Of a DNA stretch of 64,000 bases, positions 11,898 to 24,230 are shown in pieces. Numbering within the stretch: the first letter of the stretch is position 1; the number at the start of each line of letters is the position of its first letter. A program made the position numbers and the translations under genes. The notes beneath the pieces were generated by a model. It worked only from the letters and a program-made list of their open reading frames with translations. It did no database searches and was not told the origin of the DNA. The DNA comes from Puccinia triticina (Eukaryota). The stretch is from assembly GCA_026914245.1 (NCBI GenBank), contig CP110439.1, positions 5,084,001 to 5,148,000 of the forward strand, in the 5' to 3' direction.

Positions 11898-12506
11898 TTA
11901 GGTATTAATATGTCCTCAAGAAGAATTGGTTTAGGTATTAATATGTCTTTGAGATTGGATCAAGGCCAACAAGCCATCTGAAAAGCAAGAGGCCTAAAAT
12001 TAGTCCTACATTTCATATTTCTTCCAGTGTATGTTGCCTTCATGGATATAGACTTAGTGTAGAAACTACTCCAGAGTCTCAAAAAACCCTTACCCCTCCT
12101 TGAGTGTTTTTTTTTCTAGGTTAATGCTTTACACACTACCAAAAATTACCATGTGCACTACTTTTTGGTAGTGCACTCCAATAAATATTGGTTTTTGGAG
12201 TGCAAAGCTAGCCACTCCAATTTATTTGGAGTGGGACCCTGTGAACTCCAAAGATTAATGGTGTACACACTACCATTTCTCTTGTTGACTGGGACTGACC
12301 GGCCATTGAGAGCAGAAAACTTCTTGATGGCTGGTCCATGCCATTCATTGAGAGAACCAAACCCTCTTGATTGCCGGTACAGACCAGCAATTGAGAGCAT
12401 AAAACCCTCTTGATTGCTGGCACAGAATAGCCATCAAGAGTATACAACCCACTCAATAACAGGTCTGCACCGGTCATTGAGGGGATACAACCCTCTTGAT
12501 GACCGG

Positions 12507-13585
12507 TGTGGTAACCCTGTTCCTGTTCATACTATCACCCTCATATCACCTAAACCCTTCATAAATACCTCATTATTACTTCATATTCAGATTCTACACC
12601 CCATTTTACCCCTATTCACCCACTCATTCTACCTAGGATTTCCAAATGGATCAGCAGTTATTGGCATGTATAGTTTTGGCAGGTCTTTTCTTCATACATA
12701 TCCTTAGCATTATTACATACATCATTCATTAGTATCATAGCTACATAGGACTGCAGATCTTACATAACTTCATTACTCATTTTCCCCTTCATATGAATCA
12801 GCAGTACATTCCTTCATAGCTCTTGTATTTATTACCAAATGCTCATCATTATTTCATATTCTACATAGTTACCTTTCATGTACACTCCTTGGTCATTGCA
12901 CCCTCATCATTACTGCTCATCTTCAGATATTGTTACTATGTGCTCATCATGTATCACCCCCCTGTAGTACCTCTCACATATATAAACACCCCTCTAGATG
13001 TTGTATCCCCACGATGCACTTTCACCCACTACACTTTGTATGCACCTTCCCCCACATACACTCAGTAGTACCTTTACACACCTCACTTAGATAATATTTC
13101 ACCCCTCAGAAATATATCCCCCAGCATATATCTCATTACACATCTCAGAGTGACTCCCCAAGAGCTTCTGCTTTTCTCCCCATCTCACTTCTCCTCTCTC
13201 ACTCAGTAGGATTGATACACCTCAAACCCATTAGTGTTAAAGCCATCTAAGTCAAAGAGAATCATCAGCCCCACCCTTTTCTTTTTCATAGGCCCCGTTT
13301 GGCTGCCGTGTTATACGTCATAAATGGTCAAATTTATGACGCGCAACCCCGGGGGTTTCAAAGTTTTGATGGCAATGGGGGGCAAACTTTGGGTTGCGGC
13401 GTCATAAATTACACGATTTATGACGTATAACGCGGCAGCCAAACGGGGCCTTAGTGTAACCCTCTCTCCATCAGCATTAGTCAAGATGGGAGCCTCACCA
13501 GCACCTGTAGCCTCTTCTACATTATTAGTAGTGTAGTTGACTATTTCCCCTCACAGCTCTTTCCTGATCTTTTAAGAGTTCCACA
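12507..13585 (+). mobile_element. Solo LTR with 4-bp TSD CCGG
   Basis: CCGG|TGTGGTAACC ... GAGTTCCACA|CCGG; TATA-like TATATAAA near 12979; CpG-poor. Confidence 0.85.
13291..13450. mobile_element. Tourist-like MITE, copy 2, nested in the solo LTR
   Basis: GGCCCCGTTTGGCTGCCG ... CGGCAGCCAAACGGGGCC; flanks ATA/TTA (imperfect TSD). Confidence 0.85.
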
Positions 13586-14027
13586 CCGGTCTGTGCCACT
13601 CATCAAGGGGACTCAACACCCTCAATAACCGGTCTGCACAGGTCATTGAGGGGATACTCTACCATTCATTGAGAGGGTTTTATCCTCTCAAAGAACAGCA
13701 CATACTGGTTGTTGAGAGTGTTGAGTCCCCTCAATAACCAGTCTGTACTGGTCATCAAGAGTGTTGAGTCCCCTCAAAGACCGGCACAGACTGGTCATCA
13801 AGAGGGCTGTATCCCCTTGATGACCGGTGCAGACCGGTTATCAAGAGGGTTGTATGCTCTTGATGGCCGGTCTTTGCCAGCAATTGAGAGGGTTGAGTTC
13901 TCTTGATGAATGGTCTGGACCGGCTGTTGAGAAGTTGTATGCTCTTGATGGCCTGTATGTCCCGGTCATCAAGAGCAATGGAAATAGTGTGTAGTTGAAC
14001 TCCATTAATTTTTGGAGTGCACAGGGT

Positions 14028-14638
14028 CAATACCGCAAGAGCTACGCTGCGCATAGCAATTTAATTTGACCTCACTTTGCTCCACTTTTAGTAGTGGGCT
14101 AGGTGCTACGCTTTTTGCTATTTTTCTAATAGGAAAAAAACTCAGAAAAATAGCAAGCTATTTTCAGTGGTAAGTAGCAGCATTCCGCTACCCTTCCTGC
14201 TACAGTAGCGAAAAAATTACTACTTTATTGATTTGGCTGTGCTACTGTAGCATCATTCAAAGTTCTTCAACATCATAAAATGATGGAGGATTGATGATTA
14301 ATTAGATTTTTGGCACTTTCCACAGAAAAGCGGACTCACCCGCTATGCTTTTGGCAAAAAAGTGACCCCATTTTCTATGCTTCTTGCGCTACATAGCGCT
14401 TAGAGGGCTAACAAACGCCAAAAGTGCAAATTTGGCCGCTACACTAAACTTTAGCAAAATTGGAAAAAATACTGCTTTGCTACACGCGGTCCAAATTCAC
14501 GGTGCTGGTGCTTTGCTACCGCTCTAAATAGCGGTTTTCCGCTAGGGCTAACGCTACTCTGGATCTAGATTAGCGGGGTTTTGTTTTGCTATGCAAAAGC
14601 ACCGCTTTTTGTAGCAAAGCATAGCTCTTGCGGTGTTG
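14028..14638. mobile_element. hAT-like non-autonomous element
   Basis: TIR CAATACCGCAAGAGCTACGC / GCATAGCTCTTGCGGTGTTG; GCTAC/GTAGC subterminal repeats; flanks ACAGGGT / ACAGGAT. Confidence 0.7.
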
Positions 14639-15284
14639 ACAGGATTCCACTCTAAAGAAATTGGAGTGGCTAGCTGAGCACTCCAAAAAAGCATTATTTT
14701 GGAGTGATCAGCCGGCCACTCCAATTTCTTTTGAGTGGAGCACTTTGCACCCCCGAATAAAACTTCTTTATCTGCTAAAAAATGGCCTAAGAACCTACAC
14801 ATTGATGATCTTGCAATGATTGTCCCACCCAGCCTTACTCTTTCAAAAAAGCTTGCAAAAGGTGTTCGAAGTCCACATTTTGCTTGCCCGGCACAAGAAT
14901 GCCTATTTGGGTTTCAGGAACCCCTCTTGATGGCCGCCAATGTAAGCGGTCATGAAGTGGAGAAGGGAGTATGTACTCCATTTGATGGCCAGTTTTCTCT
15001 GCAGGCATGTACAAGCGTCAAGAATTCTGCCCAGTGGGAAGGAATCATCCTTGGCAAGCATGTAGCAGGTGGTTGCCGGGGAGCAACCTCGGTGAGCATG
15101 GAGACTAGAAGGTGACTTCCAAGGAGCAATATTTCCCCCGGGCCCGGCGAGCCAAGACACCTTCTGTCGTCCGGCCAGTCAATACACTTCCCTGCTGTCC
15201 GCTGAAAGCAGCCTTTCTTGGCTAGCTGGTACGGACTTCAAGTTTATTGAAGACACAGTTTTGCCAAAATTAAAAAAAAAATCA

Positions 15285-15675
15285 AGATCAAGGGTTTCCC
15301 CTTACAATTACACAAAATGAAGAAGAAAAAAACATGGGTTTCCCCATTAACAAAATCTCAAAATAAAGGGGGGGGGGGGGGGGGTTTCCCCATCACAATA
15401 AAAACACAAGCAACTTCTCAACCCAGCCTTCCAATAGCGCCAAATTCATGCCCACAGGCTCAACACCAAGCCCATGTCAAGCGCACGGTTCAAAGTGATG
15501 GACATGAAGGCTCCCGGACTGCAGCAAAGGCTGCAGACCCTTGGGGGGCCCACTCTTTGCCCCTCAGACTGCACACGTGCAACAGCGGAGGGGTTGAGGG
15601 CAACGGATAGCTGGAAGTGCAGCTTCTCCAATTACCTGGGGAAACAACTACATCTTTGAGCTATCCGCCTTTTAA
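15285..15675 (+). repeat. Dispersed repeat family B copy
   Basis: TCAAGGGTTTCCCC ... CCCCTCAGACTGCACACGTGCAACAGCGGAGGGGTTGAGG. Confidence 0.65.
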
Positions 15676-17182
15676 GCTCTCCCTGGAATCAATACTGGCT
15701 CCCCCCATGCAAACACCACGCCATGGCCAATGTAACTGTAATTGATTCCATGGCAACTGCGCCAGCCATTTGGAATTCCAAGATGCCTGTATACTCTATT
15801 TCCCATATTTGGCGTTGCCCAGACCCAAAGCCCCCCCCCCCCCCTCCCGCAGCTCTTGCAACTGGTATCCCGAGCTACATCAGATTTCCTCTTCCCACCT
15901 GAAACCACTCAATTTCTTTCAAGCCATCGCCAGACAGTAGCGCTTGCGGCCCTGAAGATCCCCAAGACAAATCCAAATAACCTCTCAATACATGCAAAGA
16001 AATCATCAAAATGCTGAAGAGCAAGTAGAAGAAGGAAATCGAAAGATAGGTCAGGATTAATTTTCACATTTCGGCTTCACTATGTAATAGTGTATGAATT
16101 CAAAATGTTCATGTGCCTCTTCTGCCCCTTGATGCTCAGGTCAGTCATCAAACATTACAAACCAATTCTTCCCTCCCCAATAGTATGCGCGGAACAGAAC
16201 AGCTTGTCATGTCCTGTTGGCTTGGGCAACGGCCCACCAATTGAATCCAATATTCCAGCCGCTTGCTCTCCAAACACAGCCACCACTCCTAGCCCACCCA
16301 TCATGTCCCACAACAACAGCAGACAATCCAGAAGCCAATCTGGACCAGCAAGCGCGCCCAGCCCAATTACTACCAACAATTCTCCAACCTAGATGTGCAA
16401 TGCCATTCACGACAGCACAAGAGAGCGCTGAAGGAGAATCTGTGGAATTTTATTTTGCCTTGATCTACTGGTGAGTCATCATGAGTTACTAGCTGGATGC
16501 CTGTTTGAGATTGGGCGGTACCTTCTGGTGGAAAAGAATGACCATCCTGGTCTACTGATTTCTCTGTCTCCTTGTCGCCATCGGCGGCTTAAACTCCTGC
16601 CGCGTCTGCAAACGCCGCTTGCTCAGGAACGGCAACAACACCTGGCTGGAGACAAGGAGAATGGCCGGCTGACGCTTGTCGTGGACCAAGGCCCTCACTG
16701 ACCCGCACCCACTCCGGCTTCCCTGCTGCTGCTTGCCCCTTGGACTGTCAACTCAGGTCCATTGACCACGACCCTTGCAAGCTTGCTCAGATACATCGCC
16801 GACGATTTCTGCTACCCCCTGCCCAGACCTCCATCCAACCCCTCCCGCCCGGCCAATCCGGCCCCAAAATGCAGTCACCGCAAGCTGTTGGCTTTCAATG
16901 TTGATCCTGTTAGCTAGATGCTGAGATCATCAGGGAAGATTACAGATTCCAATCCTTGGCTGTTGCCATCTCAAATCTGACCATGTTGATTCACTTCCCG
17001 GTGGTGTTAACATTGTAATGGGCGAAGCCGCCCAAAGGTTTGTACGCCACAAATTTCTGTAGGAAACCAGAACCAGACCCAAACCCGCAGCAACCTCCAA
17101 GGAAGCTCGCGCGGCTAGACCAAGGCGCAAGCCCAGCTGCCATAAAAGGTTAGACCCCTTTTGCAGTCCAGACCAAAACCTA

Positions 17183-19088
17183 CACAGCGGTTGCACAATT
17201 TTGGGTTTTGCCCGTCAAATTGACGCGGGGTGGAAGCCACCGGCAAATTGACCCTTGCGCTGTCAAATTGCCGCCAATCTGACCGCACCCCCGCCAACAC
17301 TCAAGCTCATGCAAAGTTGACTTGACTTCAGGCGAGTTATGTTAACTTGCCTAGCCAATTTGACGGTAAACATGCCTTGACCAATCAAACACCGGTGGGC
17401 AAAGCGGCAATTCGCCGTCAAGAACCTTTGACGGCCAGCACACCGGCAACCACCAGAGCTCACCAGCGGCCATCAGGAGAGGGGGCCTACGCAGATTCCA
17501 GAATATTCTAAAAGTCTGTGCGTCGGAGGGACATGTCACCCTCAACACCCCTTCACCTCACTCTTCAGAGGCACATCCAAACTTTGAGCAAGTCCCTTTG
17601 TCACCCTCCACATCCCCAGCAATAACTCCAACCAAGTCCCTTATCACCTCTCCAGAGGGACATGTCACCTTCAACCAAGCTCCTTGTCATTGTCCCAAGC
17701 ACCCCGTCCAGATCACCAGCCCCCATCATCATGATGTCTCCAAGAGATCAGTGCAGTGGCTTGGCAAACAAACCTTGCACATTCATCTCATTCAATTCCA
17801 AATCCAACTCAACTCTCCAAAAGGCCCAATTCAACAATCAATACTGCGACTACACCACCGTCTTTGGATGCCTCTTAATTTCATCATCTCTAACTGTCTG
17901 ATCTTCCGATACATAAACACAAATAGGAATAAGCATTTAGTCGCACATCGAGCTGTTCCCAAAAACAAAGTCATCATGGTTACTGTCCCAGTGAGTCTTG
18001 CCTCATTTCTCGCTAATGACCCGTCTCAAATCCTTATGCCCTCTCAACAAAAGTAACTGATTATATGCTCACGCCAGGTCACACAATCTGAAATGTCTAC
18101 AACAAAGTGCGAGCCATTCTTAATGGACAAGCTGGTGATGTTTGGTGACAGCATCACTCAATTTGCTTGGCAAGCAGGCGGCACAGGCGCAGAACTAGCG
18201 CAGATTGTATGTATTGCCAACCATCCTCCTCAAGAGTCATTTTGGCTGGATAGAATGACTCTTCTCCTGCAAAAGGCACTGTTCAAACCGGACGTTACAA
18301 TATGGTGTTCAGACAACAACCTAGTAGCTCTGGCCACCGGAGAGGTATGTTGTTCTTGGCCAAGGGTCTGCTTGTATTTGTTGCCCAGACGACCCTGAAA
18401 ATCGATTTCTGTTTTATGATAACAGATGAATCCTCAAAAGCTTTATACTGCCAACCAAATCAAAGTCCGAGGTAACCTTGACAAGGCACTCAAAGTAGAA
18501 CAAATTATTTCTCACAAGCGCAAACAAAACCGTTCTTATTTCTGCTCCTCTCAACCACTCTCTATTTAATGCTTGCTTGTAACAAAAAGAAAAACAGAAA
18601 AAAACACCAAATATTAAAGCCAAAAAAAACTATGAACATGCAATAAAAAACAAAAAAAGGCCCTGGTGGCCTGGATTCCTTTGTCTGCATTTGGTCAGAG
18701 TCCCCTGTGAGTGCTCCCGATGGGACCAAGCCTAAAACAATCGGCGGGAAACGGCCGTGGGGCGTGGTGAGGTGATCGGCCGCCAATTTGCCGGTGGTTT
18801 GCCCGTCAGGGCGGTCAAACGTCCCTGTCCGCTGATCTTGTGGGGCTCGGCTTTGCTTGGCAATTTGACCAAGTGGTCAATTCGGCGGTAGGTTTGACCG
18901 ACATTTGCCGGAATGTGGGCGGTCGGGGCGGTTGGCACTTCGACAGTGTGTTTGACGGCTGACCGGAGGCCTGTTTTTTGGCCGTCAACGGCCGCAGAGC
19001 AAGGTGCGTCAAATTGACAACCAAACTTCCGGCATTTTTGACGGCGCCCCACAACTGCCGTGTAACCACGGCAAAGCTAACTGTTGTG
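17183..19088. mobile_element. Non-autonomous CACTA/EnSpm-like 'Pack' element carrying captured exons
   Basis: TA|CACAGCGGTT ... AACTGTTGTG|TA; both ends have ~300 bp of GC-rich subterminal repeats (TTGACGG/CCGTCAA, GGCAA(A/T)TTGAC); host-type exons inside, no transposase. Confidence 0.7.
17976..18569 (+). CDS. Chimeric 118-aa ORF: IAH1-like SGNH esterase N-terminus plus SCP2 sterol-binding domain C-terminus
   Basis: Exons 17976-17990, 18078-18206, 18276-18344 and 18426-18569, all phase-0 GT-AG junctions; LVMFGDSITQ (SGNH block I) then PDVTIWCSDNNLVALATGEMNPQKLYTANQIKVRGNLDKALKVEQII (SCP2-like). Confidence 0.7.
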
Positions 19089-20508
19089 TATTGCTTCGTT
19101 GACCGCAGATGCCGCGCAAGCAAGAACCTCAATGGTCACAGCCCACAGACCAGAACCTTGTACGTCCCAAGAGGAACAAAAAGCAGACTTAATGTTAAGG
19201 CTGACTTTATCGTGCTCATTTGTAGACCTCTCGTGGAACAACTCGGATCCAAAACCCAGACAGACCTGCTCTCACGACTATCGTCGGAGGCACTGGTTAC
19301 CCGTAAGCACAGAAATAAAAACAGAGAACTAATGTTGGAAAACCGTTCTCAAACAAACAGTACAAGAGTGTATAGAACCGTACAGACAAGAGAAGACGAA
19401 GTTACTCCAGTAACTCGGCTAACACCCGTAAGTGGGAAGAAACCAAGCAAACAGACCTACCAGAGAAAGAGACTGATGTTGGTTGCACGGCCGACCGGAG
19501 TGCAGGAATAAACAGAACATCCTGTAACACACGAAGGCGGCGCTAGCGTGCATCCAACCCCTTCCACTCCCATCAAACCAGACTCAGTCCCCGGGCATCT
19601 CCTGTCCCGCTTTTAGGTACATGCCCGGACCAATCTTCTCACTCAGATTACTTTCAAACTTCATTATTATGATTGTAAATACAAAGCTCTAACTGTCAAT
19701 AAACAATTCATTTTAGTTGCTCTAAATCTTTTAATTTCCGGGGGTGGCAGTTCAGGTCTGAGAGGGTGACCTCTCACAGAAAAGGGATCCATCCCATTGA
19801 CACAAATATTCACATGGTTGATCATTCACAGCCAAGGAGCCTGTCTGCTGCGTCCACCACAGCCCATTTTCAAACTGCTTCAACTGACCAGCCAACAGCT
19901 GGTCTATATTGTGTGATGAGACACAAATATTCAAGACTGGGGTAGTATTGGCAATTTCTGCAAACATCCAGCAGGAATTTTTCAAAGCAGGCTGGTGGTT
20001 ATTCATCATGCTTCACTTGGTACTGTGAGGATGATGAGTAGGTATTCTATAGGCTAATCCTTTCAATTGAAAATGATCAAATCTGATCCAATTGTCACAG
20101 ATTTTCTCACTTTGAACCAGGCACCTGATGAAAAAGGCTGTTCCCAATCATTTTGTCTTGAGAGTGAGATCTTTCATAGTGACTTCTGTTCTATCATTGT
20201 CACATAGCAGATTCCAAGAGCTGGGTGTGCTTTACTCCTCCTGTGAGTACAGCGGCACAGCCGCCTTGGCCTCTAGTTGTATAAATATGAAAGGGCATAA
20301 AATCCTAATTTGTAAACATCTTTCCTCATTGTAATATATCATGATCATCAGAAGTGTGAATTAAAGCCTTGTCTATCAGTCTGTTGTTATCTTAGATAAA
20401 AAATTCTTAGGTGAACCTTTTGGAAGTATAGCTAGTCTGTAGACATTCACAAGATACTCAATCTGTGGCCTGTCCCAATTTTTATTGTGGCACTCAAGTC
20501 ATTACACT

Positions 20509-20711
20509 GGATGATTTCCCATTGTCATTTAGGGAGCTCTAGATGACCCTCTAAATCCTAAATCAAGACACCTATCAAAAATTTAACCAGTGCACATGAA
20601 ATCAATGGACTGGAGGATTAGGAAAACATTTCACTGTTTGTCAAAAATGAAGAATTTGGGTGTGTAAATTGAGATCTGGGAGGCTCCCATGGACTCAACA
20701 GGAATTCCTCC
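20509..20711. mobile_element. MITE with 3-bp ANT TSD (PIF/Harbinger-related)
   Basis: ACT|GGATGATTTCCC ... GGAATTCCTCC|ACT; interior homologous to 54534-54734. Confidence 0.7.
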
Positions 20712-21229
20712 ACTCTCTAACCTCACACCCCTTGAGTCTTGGTGGACAGATTTTACTATGTGGTTTGGCAAGTTATGTGGTTAGAAGGGCTAGCTACAGG
20801 CCAAAATTTTGTTTTGCGGACCCAAATGAGTATGTGGTATGAGAGGTTATGCCCTTATACAAGCATATGGTCAGAGAGGTTTGACTGCATCAAGAATGCG
20901 GGCACGTCCTCTGATGATTGATAGAGTAAAGAAATTGCATTCACTGGTCACAGGTGATTCATTTTAAACAAGTGCACGAGATTTTGAGGAGCTGTAGTGC
21001 ATTGGGTAGACCGCCTGATATGAACATCAACATCACAACAAGAAGAGGGCGAAATAGAGATAAATTCATGCACTCCGAGGGGGTCGCTATGCCTGGCAAG
21101 TCGCCGAGATCGTAGCTGCTGAGGGTCAGGGGGAAGTCCAGGGCCTTAATTCTTCTGCAGTAGCGGTAAAGATCGGGGAAGTTTCACGTACCAATGCACC
21201 GAATTTCTGAAGATAAAAGAGCATCAGTT

Positions 21230-21480
21230 TAGGCCCCCACATCCTACCTTTGTTCTGGTTTTTTATGATTTTTTTTAACGTGGAAGAATGCTTCAAAAAA
21301 CTCCCAAAAAATTCAGAGAGACCAATTAAAAGGCGTTCTATTGATTGGTCAAAAAAAATCTTGAAAAAGTTGTGTATTTCACCCGCAGTGCGCAAAGTGT
21401 TTGGGACTGCGCGCACTGTGCAGTGCGCGAAGAGTTTTTTGCAGTGCGCAAAGTAAGTCCGTTTTTTTTTTTTTTTTTTT
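21230..21480 (+). repeat. Dispersed repeat; inverted copy at 36420-37050
   Basis: GCAGTGCGCGAAGAG...TTGCAGTGCGCAAAGTAAGTCCG and upstream sequence match the reverse complement of 36425-36465 and 36851-37040. Confidence 0.7.
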
Positions 21481-21949
21481 TTTTCTTGAGCTATTATTTC
21501 CTCTCTTTCCTCTTTTTCTTTGGTTCTCTCATGTTCTGTTTGTCTATTTCTGTCTCATCTCACTGTGTTTCTTTCACCAGGAAAAAACAATGATCACTTG
21601 CCTACAAGTGACATGAAAAATTACAAAGGCCCCTTTGTACTACTTTGCTATGTCACTTGCAGACAAGTGATCATTGTTTTTTCCTGGTGTTTGTCTTGGC
21701 TTGTCTTGTTTTGTTTCTTTCTTTTTCTTCTCTCCTGTTCTTGTTGTGTGTGTGTGCGTGTAGCGCACAAAGGATGTGATGAAATGTATGTGACATGTGT
21801 CCTCCCTGAGTCCAAGTTTGCAGAACTTGGATGAAGGGAGGGGCATGGCATTCTGATCCCCAGAATACGGACCATCAGAGAGAGTTTATAGATCATATAA
21901 TCAGACTCAAGGCCCACCCCCAAGGGCAGCCCAACAAGCACCTTCCCCT

Positions 21950-24230
21950 CACACAACTGCCACCACCTAGCACGGACAGGGGTCCCTCGGTGAGACCGTT
22001 GGCTGGCATTTTTTTTGTCAAGATGTAGTCAAGACAGATTTTTTTGGTGCCACAGCTTCACGAGTAAAATGGTATTTGACATCAATGTGTTTACTGCATT
22101 GTTGAGCAAGTTAATTATTAGAGAGAGCAATGGAAGCCTGATTGTCACAGTAGACCTGAATCAGAAATGTTGAGAAGTTGTCAATCAATTTGATGAGAGA
22201 TTTGAGCCAGATGCCTTCTTGGACCCCGGCGTATAGAGATTGGCATTCCGCCTCAGTAGTTGAAGATGCAACTCAAGATTGTTTCTTGGTTTTCCAAGAA
22301 ATATTGAATTGCCCCAAGTGACCAGATAGCTGGAGTAAGAACACCAAGAATCCACACAATTGGCCCAGTCCACATCACAGTAGACTCAAAATTTCCTGTC
22401 CCCACCCCCAATGAAAAGCAAGAGACCTCTGGTCAAGTGGAGATAGCAAAGAAGATGTTGTAAGGCTTTCCAGTGCTTGATACCTGGATTTTTTGAGATG
22501 TTGAGAGAGCTGAGACCCGGAAAATGACTTGTTGAGTCTTTTTGCACAGGAGATGTAATTGATGGACCCTATAGCTCAACAATAATTAGCTCCAAGCACA
22601 AGGAATTCAGTGATTTTGCCTGGAATCGCTTTGGCTAAGCGGGTGTTGGGAACCATTGGAGCGGCCACCAAGCAAAAGGAAGAGAAGTTTTATTTGTTCA
22701 AGATCTTGTCAATGTGATGTTCCTGAGAGAGAAAAAGGTGATCAGAGTATCAAGTGATTTTCATCCCAGCAGAGAGCTGGCCAGTCCTAAATCATCCATG
22801 AGGAATTGTTGTTTGACAAGGTTCTTGAAGCAATCAACATCGTGGCTGATGATTGCAATGTTGTTGACATAGACATGAACAAAGCATTGATAAACCGGGA
22901 ACTGAGAGATGAAAAGACACGGATCAGCTGGGGAAGGGGAAAAGTTGATGGTGTCAAAGAAGTTGCTGAGCGTGGTGTGCCAAAATCAAGGGGCCTGTTT
23001 CAAACTATACATTGATTTCTTCAGCTTGAGACAGTGACCAGGCAGAATGCTCAAACCGGCTGGAAAACAAAGATAAATTACCTCTTCTAGATTGCCATTC
23101 AAAAAGGCATTACACATGTCCATTTGGTGAATGTCCATTCCTTTGTTGACACCAATCGTAAGTGCCGCACAGAGAGCTGAGGGACGGCCAGTGGGAGCGT
23201 AGGTCTTGTTGAAGTCAATTCCTTCCTGTTGAGCGCTGCCTTGCGCGCATAAACGGGCCTTGAGTTGGTTAAGATTGCCGCTGGCATCATACTTCTTGCA
23301 AAAGACCCAGATGGTGCCAAACAACGACTGATCCTACGGGGTGGGAAATATCCCAGACATTCAGGCGAGCAATCGCTTCAAGCTCAACTTGAACTGCTGC
23401 TTCCCATTTGGCCGCCTTGGGTGAGCGAAGAGCCTCCCAGCATGTTCAAGGGACTGTGGCGAGAGGAGAGGTTTGGGAGGTGGACATGGCAAAGATAGCT
23501 TCTGGGAATGGTTTGGTGGTGTTGGTGGAAAGGGTGAAGTGAGCACGGCGCATTAATGTGAGTATATTGGAGGCATTGATATTGGATGATATATTCTTGG
23601 GGGCTGGCTGAAAAGCCGGGACATAGTCAAAGCCCGGTTGGGGCCAAGATGATGAGACCACGCAATCTAGGTTTCCTTGCTGGTGTGCAGTTGAGTCATC
23701 AGCTTGATCCGCGTCCTCTGGCACAGGATCTTCTGGCGGATCCCTGGTCTTTGAAAGAATCCGGAGAAACCAGCCGAAGCTGATCATCCGCCGTGGTCTT
23801 GGCAATGGGTTGAGGAGAATCTCAAAGGTGTCTGAAGGCAAGGTATTGGCAAAGGAGTTGGGGGAGATTCCTGGGAAGACAGTCTCATCAAAGATGACAT
23901 CGTGACTGTACTCAACCTGGCTCCCTGCAGTGAGTATCCTCCAGTTATGGACACCCTGCTAATACCCTACCAGGATCCCTTGTTTAGACGTATCACCAAA
24001 CTTCCCCACTCGGCATTCCTAGGGAATGTTGATGTATGCGCAACATCCAAAAGTGCGTAGACAAGTGTAGTTGAAGGAACAGCCAAACCATACTGGGTGG
24101 TCCATTCCAATTGCTTCATTGGGGTAATATTCTCACACAGCACGGAAGTAGTAACTGCTTTGCCCCAAAGTGTAGCGGGAAGTTTGGCTTGCTTCAACAG
24201 AGATCAGCTAGCTTTCTCCCTGGTTGCGGG
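21950..24230 (-). mobile_element. Degenerate Ty1/Copia pol, 3' part (integrase C-terminus, RT, RNase H)
   Basis: LPATLWGKAVTT; WVFCKKYD...KARLCAQG...GIDFNKTYAP...QMDMCNAFLNG...LKKSMYSLKQAP; YVDD decayed to YVNN; SKHIDVKYHFTRE; many stops and frameshifts. Confidence 0.92.

Larger units (their letters stand above)
12165..14745. mobile_element. Foldback/long-TIR host element carrying nested insertions (ends approximate)
   Basis: 12170-12500 is the reverse complement of 13590-14027 plus 14640-14745; CACTCC/GGAGTG motifs and ~44-bp CTCTTGATGACCGG...CCGGTCATCAAGAG units. Confidence 0.65.

Noticed and set aside
17976..18090. Ribosomal protein eL42 fragment (MVTVP...VTQ)
   Set aside because: These exons run in frame into the SGNH motif and lack the CxxC and basic residues of eL42
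17014..19529. Solo LTR hosting the Pack-CACTA-like element
   Set aside because: TG...CA candidates exist but no consistent TSD could be found
21600..21950. 3' LTR of the Copia element
   Set aside because: No similarity to the putative 5' LTR at 30444-31123
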